64,000 bases of DNA from Yuukianura sp. NJ FZ-2021. Taxonomy: Eukaryota. The stretch lies in NCBI GenBank assembly GCA_046563655.1, contig CM102285.1, forward strand, positions 2,046,001 to 2,110,000. The letters are read 5' to 3'. This document shows positions 39,440 through 50,778 of this stretch, piece by piece; position 1 is the first letter of the stretch, and the number at the start of each line of letters is the position of its first letter. The notes below the pieces were generated by a model. The model was given only the letters and a program-made list of their open reading frames with translations. It was not told the DNA's origin and made no database searches. Made by a program: the position numbers and the translations under genes.

Positions 39440-40774
39440 ATGGTTGTGTTAAGAAAATATCTAAAATGTTACCGTATGGTGATAAAATTTGCAAATTTTC
39501 AAGGCATAATCCCCTTCAGGTTCAAACGAAACGAAGACGGCATTATTTTTGACAATTCAAAGTTAGGCAGAACAAAGTGGTGGTTGATCGCAGTTTACCA
39601 ATTTATTAATGCCATGTTTATGACATATCGTTTAGCTGAAGCTATGTACCACAATAGTATTGGTTCAGGTACAATTTCAATGAATATGTTCAACATTGCT
39701 ATGTGGACTACGGCAACATTCTTCAACATAACAACATGGATGTATGCACATCAGATTCAATTTTTCGTCAACGAAATGTTTGCAGTCCACGAAATACTAC
39801 AACGTAAGTAGCAAATTTACCTAATACGACAATATAGCATCAATATAAGTATAAATAGTACGTAATATATATATACTACTAATATATATACTACCATAAT
39901 ATTTTTCAAAATTCAAATGTCGACTAAATTTTGTTTTCGAAATTTTAGATGAAGCTGGAGGTGGTGGCACAGAAGAACCAGTTGGCTCAATAGTGAAATT
40001 AATTTCCGCAATATATTTTACCAGCTTTTCAATGTTTTTCACCGCCATTCGAACGGCAACAAAAAATCCGAAATACTGGGTGTCACTATTACCCGGACTC
40101 CGCGGAATTTCCAAAGCCAAGCTCATTCCATTTGGCTTGTTTGAATCTTACATGTCATACTGCATCTCAAATGTACTTCTTTTCTACGCTCTCACCTACA
40201 TCACTTATGTCAAGGTCACGAGGTCAAGTATCCAGGCACTGATGTAAGTTTCAAAACAAGACATAACAAAAACGGAAAAAATTTAAATTAGAAACTACGA
40301 AACTGTACTGTAACCCTTGTTAGGCTCAAGAAATCTCCGTTTCACTTCTGCAAATTGTACAATATTCTACGCATACTCAACGGTCGATTCAACTACACGT
40401 ACAGGCAATTTGTGTTACCAGGGCACTTTATTGCAATTTACTTGGCCTGTCTTCTCTGTGATGTCAACACAATTCACCTCTACGGTGTAGTCCGCATGCC
40501 GAACTACCTTGCATTTCCCTTGGTTGGAATCGCTGCAAAACTTATTGCGCTGCAAGCGTTTCCGCGATCGTACAAAGTTTGGAAAGAATCCACCTATGCA
40601 GTTGGGTATATCCGGGAAAAATTTGGAGAACAGACGCTTGTAAGCAAAATGCTGGATGTTGCTGCACCGCTCACTGTGCATGTTCGAAGCGTCTTCGTTA
40701 TTCAGCGTCGAACAGTCATGACGTTTTTCGAAATTGTCATTGGACATACGGTAACAGTCCTCCTGAGTTTTTAA
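39440..40774 (+). CDS. Gustatory-receptor-like multi-pass chemoreceptor (~369 aa); exons 39440-39803, 39949-40243, 40324-40774
   Basis: In-frame GT-AG splicing, about 7 hydrophobic segments, GIIPF near the N-terminus, C-terminal FVIQRRTVMTFFEIVIGHTVTVLLSF resembling GR TM7. Confidence 0.7.
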
Positions 40775-41516
40775 AGAAAAACGTAGTTAGAAAGCAAACA
40801 TTTTTTCACTTCCATGACTTTAGGCCGTTTAGTTTCTACTACCAATAACACTAGTTATCAACCTTTTTTTTTAAAAAAAAAAAACTAAACATCCATTTCA
40901 AAAAGCGATTTTTTGAAAAAAGAAAAAAAAAAAAAACACAGAAAATACAAACCAAAAAATTAATTCCAAGAAGCCTTAGCTTTATTTCCAGAAAGAAATT
41001 TCGGTCGTACCCTTTACATTGGGTACTAAAAACTCCAATAATTACGAAATTAGTAATGAATTAATTAATGTAAACAGGTGAGCCTAAAATTTATAGTGCA
41101 TTTCCAAATTCTACTGCTAGTGAGAAGTCGTAACTCAACACCTACTATAGCTTTAGTGTTAATTAACAACAGTGACCTCTACAGAGACTTAAAGTTATAC
41201 AGCATTATTTAATCTAACACAAATGAAAAATCGCATTGCCGAACACAATGGAAAGTTTACTGCAATAAACGAAAAAAAAATTGAGAAAAAGCTAGAAAGA
41301 ATTCGATAATATCTAAACTAGCGACTCCAATCTCCGAACACAGCAAATAAATTACCAACAGTGAAACAAAAAGTGGCTACTTTTACAAAGAAGTTGAATT
41401 TTATGAAAAAAAAAGAAATGAAGAAATAACTAACACACGACTTGCATAATTTCCTTTTTACAAAACTCATACTACACCACGAAGTTAACTCGTATTTACC
41501 TGAATAAGTTAGGAGT

Positions 41517-44500
41517 TTACCTGCGCTTGCGCATACCGTATACAGCTTTTCGTTTTCTGTTGCCCTGAGGGCTGTCGACCTTCCGCGGACCAACTTTTGG
41601 GCTTGATCTTGCGGACCTTCTTGGGGTAGAGGGGCCTGGAGAGGGAGAAGACGAAGACGACTGGCCAGGGCTGGAAACAATTTGTTTCTTACGAGACTTT
41701 TTAGTTGCTGACTGCGGTGGAGTGTTCGTAGATTTTTTCGTCGGTGAGTTTTTGGTTCTTGTTGACCTTGCTTTGACAGGGGAAACCCTTGCTTTCCATG
41801 GGGAGGTGCTTGCGGCTTTTCGTGGTGTTGCTGGTATTTCCTCTAGGATTTCAATCGAAGAAGATCCAGACGATGACGACTCTTCAACGACTTCCCTCCG
41901 GCGTGTCTTCCGTTTCTCAATTGACCTTGACACTTCCTTCTCTTGTGGACTTAGAAGATTTGGTGCACTTCGCTGTAGTTCTTCTGCGGTTATCTTAGGC
42001 AGATCCACCGTGACACGAGGGAGACGTGGCAACTTTGAAACTTTCTGATGATTATCTTCTTCGTCAGAGTCAGTTCTTCGCTTTCGCTTTTTTCCATCAA
42101 CATTTTTCGATTTCGAACTCAGTGGTTTCTCTTTTTCAGAGATCTTTTTGTTAGTCGGAGTTTCTTCTTCTTCCTCTTCTTCACTGGAACTAATGATCCT
42201 CGCCCTCTTTTTTACGGCAGAAGTTTTTGGACTAGCAGTGGTCTTCTTGGTCTTGGAATTCCCATCGCCTGAGCCTGAAGATTCATTCCGGTCTCTATCA
42301 CGAACCCCGCTACCAATTGCCGCATTTCGAGCAATTCTTTGATGTCTCGAAGGAGGAAAGAGCGCACGCTTAACTGGAAGTTTCGTTGAAATATCTTTAG
42401 GATTGCTGTTTTGACTTCCATGAATTTGTGGACTTTCTTTTTGTTTTTGACGAGTATCCTCTTCATTACGAGTGGGAGGATGCTTTCCCGGTCCAGTTCC
42501 GGCTACAATCCTGTTAAGAATCAAGAAATTCATTTGGTTAACCCATTTTTCTACGCTGGTAACGCGAAGGGAAAAATATGAAACTTACGTCGTAAAAGGT
42601 AGGTTTCCATTCATGGAAAAGTAATGTATTTTGTCCTTCCGGTCAAATTCTAGGGCAACATTGTGCAAAGTGACGCGTTTTCCTATATTTGTCTCCGCAA
42701 TAACGTACAGCTCTGAAGCCTGCCGAACCTGCAAACAATCACAATGAATTGAAATTCTGTGGCTAATCGCTTTAACAAAAAACAAAGCCAAATGAAGCGA
42801 AAACAGGAAACTGCCGTGTAGTAGTTACTTACAATGATGTCGATCTGAGCAGCAAGTAGCGGATTGTTACACTCAACGCTTCCTTGCGTCGACACTGGCG
42901 ACTTCGGATCAGTCTGAATAAAGCGTTTCGTCGCGAAGGGCGGCATGGTTCCATCACGCACCCGCAAGTAGAATTCTTTAGCCGATTTCCGAACTAGCTT
43001 CGTCGAAACGATCTATTAAAAAAAACAAAAATAAAATATTTAAAACAGACAGATTTCTTTGCCAAACTTGAGAAATTAAAAATTGTGACTTACAGTGCAA
43101 CGGACTTTGAACAGTATTTTTTCAACTGGGTCCAAATCAAAGAATTGTACTAAACCTTTCTCAGTAAAGTCTGAGTACGAAGTATCATTTGATCCGGTTG
43201 CTTCATCATCCGAAGGTGACTCAGAATCTGCCTCTGCTGCTGCATCTTCATCTCCATGAACTGAAGTCTCCGTTAGCCGTTCAGCCATCAACAGATTTTC
43301 TTCAGCCTGACTGAAGCTTCCAACATTTTGAGATCCCAGCAACTGCGATGATGGTTGTGTTGTACTATTAGATTTTTCCGAACTTCCTGCATTTCCTTCA
43401 GCATTCAACTCAATCTGCGTCAAACTTTGAAAATCTTCAGCTCTAAGCAGCTGAGACGTCGGTGGTGTATTGGAACTGTCAGAACTTCCAGTTGCAGTAC
43501 TTCTTTCAGCGTGCATTAAATCTTCAGCCTGACTCAAGCTTAAGATATCGGAAGTCCTGAGCAACTGAGATGTCTGAGGTGAGTTCGATTTGCGAGAACT
43601 TCTTGGACCTGGACTTTTCCGCGGTTCAGGGTTCAGTCCGTTTTCAATCTGAGTCAGACTTCCAATATCTTGCGTTCCGAGTAACTGAGATGTTTGAAGA
43701 GTGTTGGATTTCTGGGAGCTTCGTTGACTTCGTGCAGCGTTCATCATCTCCTCAGCCTGACTCAAACTTACTATATCTTGTGTTGCGAGTAGCTGCGATG
43801 TTTGTATTTGACTTGATTCGTGTAAATCATCCGACGTTGCTTTATCAGTTGAATTTTTCTTAGACAGTGTAGATGCACACTTCGATTTTTTAGTAGCAGC
43901 CATTGGAGCAGTATTATGTGCACTGCCAGACGCTTCCTGGTTGGACAAGGCGTCAAAGTAAACTGAGATAGGAGATGCTACTGGCTCTGCTGAAACACTT
44001 CTTGTGGAACTGGAGCACGTTCTGCCGGTTTTACTATGAGCAGCATTTGACGTTGTCGAATACGAATTGGCGGCAAAATCAAAATAATTGGGGGCCTCAT
44101 CGTAGTCACCATCATCTTCAAACATTTGTCGCATTTCGCTGTAGATTGGATCATCAGAGATCGAAATCGTCTTAAGTATAATCGTAGAAGGTTGTCTAGT
44201 CGTCTTGGCTGAACCTTGACCTTGTGCAGAAAAAAATGGAGAAGCCGATTCAGATTCTTGCAGGGGTCGATGAGAATCAGAGACTGGAGATTGTTCCGGT
44301 GGTGTTTCGTAGAGAATTGTCGAAGAGGAGCTTGAGTCGGGATCCTTCGTGGGTGTTGAACCAACCGTTCGGCTATCTCCTTCGTCAGTACTCTGACTCA
44401 AGTTGTACAACATTTCATCCATAACGCCAAATACGCTTTCGCTCATTTCAGAAGGCGCTTTTCTGTATCGGTCAGAAGCAGAGGATGCTTGAGCAGAATA

Positions 44501-45890
44501 CTCCGAAACTGTGGTTGCTGTGGGACTGAGTTGCATTTGTCTTGCCTCTCTTTCTGGAGTGTTGGATTGAGGTACTGGATCTGAGTTTCTTTCTTCACTG
44601 TCGCCGAGATCGATAACCTCAATTGCATCCGAGTTTATGGAAATTAAATCGTCTTCATTATTGGCCTCTACATCATCTGTAGTGTCCCCATCCAGATCCA
44701 CAAAAGGCTGTTTCTCCACAGCACTGGAAAACGAGCTTACCGTAGTAGTTGGGACAGACATGCGGAGCGGTCTTTGTCTCGATGGCCTTGTAGCTATATT
44801 CTCGTTGTTCTTTCTCGGGCTCCTTGATTTGGAACTTCTCATCTTCATGTTTTGACTTGGTGAATCTGGTTCAGATTGAACTGTCTCGATTCTCCTTGCC
44901 CGTTGCTCAGGTGAAGACCGACGAGGTTTAGCAGGCGATTGCACTGGTGAAGTGCAAGGCGCACTACTACCTATGACTTTCCACCCAGATTGAGCAGCAG
45001 CCTTTGGGGTTATTTGCTGTACATAAACGACGTCATTATCCACACCCCCTTCGTAGAATACTTCTGAAGCATTGTTTCGAGACATAGTACGGTTATCATC
45101 ACGATCCATCGGGAAAGAAAATACACCCTGAAAAAATAAGAATTTTGTAAGTGGCAATACTAAAGAATAAGTCTGAATTCAATTTTATGAACTCTTTACT
45201 CTGGTCTTACATCTTGGCGGTAATGTATGAGAACCGAGGCTTGAGTTGAATGGGCATCATTGAGTTGTAGTAGTTTGACTTCTTTACCAGACGAAGAAAC
45301 TAGAGTTTCCTTTCCACCCCACATTACCAAGTAGTCTCCAGGTTTGACATTTTGATGGAGAATGTGGGCGAGATCAGAGTTGGTTTCAACAATTATCTTT
45401 GGGATGGTATTAGTCAATCCCATTGTATCCGCACATGGTACTTCGGTAATACGTAGTAGAAGCTGAGCATGCTGAAAATCCATTTTGGTTACCCTCCCAA
45501 TAGTTACCTAGTGGCAGGCAAACAGTACAGTTTAAATGCCTTTCAACTCAAAGTAAAGATTCAGCCTAATCACAAACGTACGAATACCTTTTTAAAGTTG
45601 CGTGAATTCGGATTACGAAAACTGAAGTCACCCCATGCTCCAATCTTGAGCAGGAATAATCGAGCAAGGCCAAGCTGAGAGTATAGATGACACCCCGACT
45701 TCATGTGCTCGTCCAAGGCATCAAAAATGCCTTTACACCAAACTCGAAAAACACACCACTGTCCTCCGTTTCTGTTGCGGAGCGCCAATTCACCTGGCGC
45801 TCGGGTGGTGACATTGAAAAGATGACTGAGTGTTGATACACTGGACAGTGTATCGTCATCTTCTCCGTGATCGTGATCCCCGTTCATCAT
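41517..45890 (-). CDS. Large uncharacterised protein: putative N-terminal OB fold, long Ser-rich disordered region with SQ/TQ repeats, POT1-like OB fold, basic Ser/Lys/Arg tail (about 6 exons)
   Basis: ORFs 45570-45899, 45196-45483, 43076-45157, 42683-42967, 42585-42791 and 41517-42533 are joinable by GT-AG introns; motif FYLRVRDGTMPPF...IDIIV. Confidence 0.7.
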
Positions 45891-47425
45891 AGTAGACAAA
45901 GTTTGTTAAATGAACCGGTGAATGCAGGACAGGTCTTGCCGGTGGTATGCAATCTTTTATCCAACAACAATCTGTAAATAAAACGTAAACTTAATCAATT
46001 CAGCCCTTCAATTCCTGAACTAACAAAACAACAGTCACTAAATTGCTATTTTACCAAATTCCTAAAATCAAATCACAAACCACCATCTCACTTCGTCCAA
46101 ATGAATGAAAGAGGAAAATTCTGGTGTGACCATTCCACAGACATTGTGAAAAATCAGAAACGTGGTTGCAACGTGGCTTAACTACGCAGTTAGTTGAAGC
46201 TGTGCAATGCGGTGTCAAACTTGCCGGATTTGATCATCGAATTTAAACAGAATCTCAATTAGAATTGTACTTTTACAAAATCTGCAAGATAAACACAACG
46301 TCACAAAGTAGGGATCGCGCTGTTTGAATTATAAAACAGATTGTCTGAGTTGTCCGTGTTATCCGTGAAATAGTAGGGAGAAAAAAACACATGGGTTGAG
46401 TAAGCGGCGACGGCATCATTGTAACCACAACAATTCTAATCTTACAGTTGTGCGTTAAGTGGTAATCATCCGGCCGGCCGTTACGCAAGTTTATGCGTAA
46501 TGTAATGTAAGTCGCTTCTTTTGTTTAAAAAAACTTAACTGGCGTTACCTTTAGTTAAGTTTAGGTTAGCTTTTCCAATACCGTCTTAACAATAGGTTTC
46601 CGTTACTGATCATCAGGGTTGTCAAAAATGTGTGCTAAAAATTCCCAAAATATGGACAAGAATTAGGTATATGTTTTTAAAAAATCCTCCAATATTTACT
46701 CATTTAACATCAAACTTATGGGCATATAAATAAATATTTGCTAACAAAAACCCCGTAATATTTTTTTATTAACATTACGGACATGAAGCCTAAATATTTT
46801 TGACATCGCTGCTAACTATAGAACCAGGATGTCCTCACACCTTACAAAGAGCGTCTAAATACGGAAAACCGCAAACGTTCAACTCACTTACACACATTAA
46901 GAGAAACTTATGATGAAGGGCATAGGTCAAAGGCCGAGTACGTTTATCCTCCAGTTAACATAGGTTACGGCGGTACTTATCGAAACACCATGTCACACAC
47001 CTTACAGCGAAGAACGGAATCCGGAAAACCACAATCATTATTGTTATTACGATTAATTAAACCTAATAAGCGGCAGTGGAAAATGTTTCCGTCTAATTCA
47101 ATTTGGCAAATAAAGTGCACAAGGATGCAATTTTTTCCTAAAGTGTTTTTTTCTTGTTTTTAAGCAGTACGACGTTAGTATTTTAAATTTAAAACTTGTT
47201 CGACGGGTTTATAAGCAACCTGACCGACTGACAATGAAATCAAGCACATAACACCATCACTGAGTTCTTTGACGCAGGGTATATTGAGAATTGCAATTTT
47301 AAAGTTACACAGAAACTCTGTTGTTTTCGTTTGAGAATCATACGGCAGCTGATTTTTTCCGTTTTTCTGTTGTTTTTTTCTAAACTTACTTACAGTTTTT
47401 GAAAAGTAAATTAACATTAAAAAAA

Positions 47426-49768
47426 ATGGAATCAGATACAATTTTGAACGGGAAAAGAAATCTAATGGTTCAGGTAAAAACCCTTGTTGGATTGGGGCTA
47501 GTTGAGACTCTGGACTTTGCAGCAATGTCTTGCTTGGCGCCATTTTTTACGAAAGAGGCAGAACGCAAGGGGTTGAGTATCAGTGTGGCTGGAATCGTTT
47601 TTCTGGCGTCTCCTTTTGTGCAATTCATCGCATCACCGTTTTTGGGATCAGCGGTAATGTTGCGGAAATTTACGTACGGACGTCATTTCACAAAATTCCA
47701 TTTTTTTTTTCTTCCTTTTTTTTTAGATTTCGTATTTCGGTGCTCGAAAAACGTTTTTTCTCGGCGTTCTTCTCCTGGGATTTTCAAATTTCATGTTTGG
47801 ATTTTTAATTCCAATTCAGTCCGGTGCCATCTTTGCGTTTTGTTGCATTTTGTGCAGAGTGGTTGCAGGAATTGCGACAGTCGGAATATATACTAACGTC
47901 GTCTTTTTAGCAGAAACATTTCCTGGTGAAATCAACAAAGCTGTAGTAAAATTTCAAAATCAAAAAAAAAAAAATTTAAATAATTTTTTTGAATTCTAAC
48001 GTTGTTCGTTAATTTAGGGTTTTAATGAAATATTTGCTGGAGTCGGTACATCTGTTGGCCCGGTACTAGGCGGATTTTTGTATGATGTAAGTTTTAGGCA
48101 CAATCCTTGCCAGAGTGTTTTTCGCGCCAAAATTTGCTCTAAATTTGAAATTTCCACCAATTCTGAAATTCGGATATGAAATTACGCTGAAAATTACATG
48201 ATCTTTGTTTGTTTGTTTTTTCAATTTCAGTGGGGTGGATTTCCACTTCCATTTTGGACAATAGCGACTTCCGTGCTGTTCTTACTTCCAATTTGTGCTT
48301 GTTTATTACCAATAGTGGATTCTGATACACAAGAATTGGAAACAACTTCTGCACAGTGGTGGGAAATTATGAAATCTCCAGCAATATTTTTGAATTTGTG
48401 CGTAGGATTTGTTTTTGCTTGTGGATGGACTTTTATGGATCCAACACTAGAGCCTCATTTACGGCGGGTATATTTCAATTTTCACTCATTTTTTACTTAA
48501 TTCTTTTTACTCATTTTCTTTTTAAAAAGTGATTTTTTTTAACAAATAGGTGTACAAAGTGTCGTCGTCCACAACGGGAGGAATATTTTTGATAATGGCC
48601 ATTACATACACTGCATCGAGTGTTCTCGTGGGTGCAATTTCGGATTACGTAAAGCGTAAATGGATCTTTGTTTTGATTGGTTGCTGTGGTGCTGGATTGG
48701 CAATGCTATCTGTGGATCCTTCACTATTTGTTAATGATCATATGTAATACTTTATTGGACAAAAATTTTGGAAAGAGTTAACTTCTTCTGAAGTTTTTTG
48801 ATGCTACATTTCAAAATTTTTTAGGATGCTCTGGACAAAAGTGGTTGAGCTCGGGGCGTTTGGAATGTTCGCTGGCCTTGCCATGGTTCCATTGTATGGA
48901 CTGATGGTAGATGATGCAACGTGAGGTTTTTGAAGTCGCAAAATTTCCACAAACTTTTCTTTGAAATGTGATTTTTGACATAATTTTTTGAGTAAGTGCT
49001 AGGGGTTTTCCTCAGGACCAGGTCACATACGGTACGGTTGCTGGATTTTGGAATTCGGGTTATGCCATTGGGTAAATAACGTTTAAGCATTTACTTTTTT
49101 ATTTGTTTAGGCAAAGCTCAACTTTTTCGTTCAAATAGGCGGTTCCATTTAATTGTTCCGAATGAATTTCTCCGAACTGTATTGCTCTAAGGCATTGGCA
49201 CAGAAATCAATTTTTCCGAAAGTCAGATTGTCCCGAAAATAGTATTGAGCAATATGAGCAAATTGCCTCTCGGAGGAATTTACCTTTCGAAGGAAAAGGT
49301 TTCGCGGAAATTTAGTCGGAGAAATGGCGTTCTATCCAAATAGACACCTGATTTTAATGTACATTTTAGAGAAGTCGTTGGGCCGAGCTTTGGATCTATT
49401 GTTATGCAACATATTGGATTCAGCGCAGCTTCTACAATTATTTCAGGGTCACTCTTCCTATCCGTGAGTCTCGTTTTTATAGTCAATTTTTTTTTTCAAA
49501 AAAATCTTCGAAATGTTATTAATAGCTTAAGATTATTTTGGGATTTAAGTTAGTAACGTCAAACTTTCTTTTGTTCGTTTAGGCTAGCCTGTTCTGCATT
49601 TATTTTACATCTTCAGATCTGCAGAAAAGAACAAGATACGTGGCAATAGAATCGACCAATGATGAACCACCCAACATCCACCAAAATTTTACCGCAAGAT
49701 CGAAATCACCTTTGAGTGCAATTTTACATCACCCTGTACACTCACCTGGAAACATGCTCCAGAAGTAA
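47426..49768 (+). CDS. MFS transporter, SLC18B1-like, copy 1, multi-exon
   Basis: SCLAPFFTKEA, GPVLGGFLYD, WGGFPLPFW, FMDPTLEPHLR, EVVGPSFGS. Confidence 0.88.
49131..49340. mobile_element. Possible small foldback element in an intron of MFS copy 1
   Basis: tccgaa-type subrepeats on the left and tcgga/tcgcgga on the right; CAAATAG at both ends; intron longer than in paralogs. Confidence 0.35.
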
Positions 49769-50778
49769 CGGCATGTTCAAATGTCAATATGGAAATTAAG
49801 CGTTACCACAACCGCCGTTTTTCAAGTCCTACTTTTTCTGTTACGTTAGTCTAAAGTTTTTATTAAAATACGTTTGGAGCACTTTACAATTATTCTAGTT
49901 GAATGAGTTTTACAATACTGGTGTTTTGTATTAATTTGTGTTAATGCAATTTCATTGCCAAAGTTTGCATAAATCCAAGGCTGATAAACAAAGAAATACT
50001 TTTCTTTGACAGGTTAACTCAAGCAACTTAAGCTGGTTTTTCTAATTTGGAAACAAATTGGTTCCATTTTTTGGAGGATTTTTTTAATGATCGAGTCATT
50101 GCCTAACCTGTTAAAGGAAAACTCGTTGTCAAGACACCTTGGATAAATCTCTTGCTTAAAAAAAAGAAACTTCGGAACTTTTTAAGCGATATGTACTAAC
50201 TAAGTTTTCAATATTCACTCGGCAAGTAAATTATTTTGAAAGACAGTAAATTAGTATTATTGCCTGCGACAAACTCGTTTTTCATGGATTAAATTATAAA
50301 CCTGCGTAAGTGTTTTTCAAGATTAGCTGAGACATGAATTTTTTCAAATCGAGTTTTTCGCCAGTCTAATGACAAAGCCTTGAAAGTACTTTAATAAAAC
50401 GCTCCAGCATGAAAAACTGGTTTTCCAAAAACCAGTTTCAATTTTCCACGAGGTGGTGGAAGCTATATTACCGGCGGCAAACAAAAACAGCATTTGAACT
50501 GAATCTTCACACACCAAAGGACAAGGCCCAGCAACCGCACGACCGCTGGAGAAAGTTCAACTGCATAAAAATATTACTACAGTATTAAGGTAAAACACAA
50601 AAACAAATTTTTCAATAAATTATATTTAGCTATTCCTATGTTTAACGTGTTTTTATATATTTCAGATACAGTTTTTATTTTTTTTTTCTTATTTTATGTT
50701 TCACGTTTTTTTAAATATTTAAAATGTTCTTTTAGGAAACAATTTCCGCCATTTTCAACTCACTACAAACCAGTCATC

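Noticed and set aside
46770-47035. Degenerate ~160-bp direct repeat between divergent genes
   Set aside because: Only two weak copies and no interpretable function
50638-50778. Hydrophobic N-terminus of the 851-aa ORF as a membrane anchor
   Set aside because: T-rich sequence that looks like intron ending in ttttag at ~50735; not conserved in the paralog
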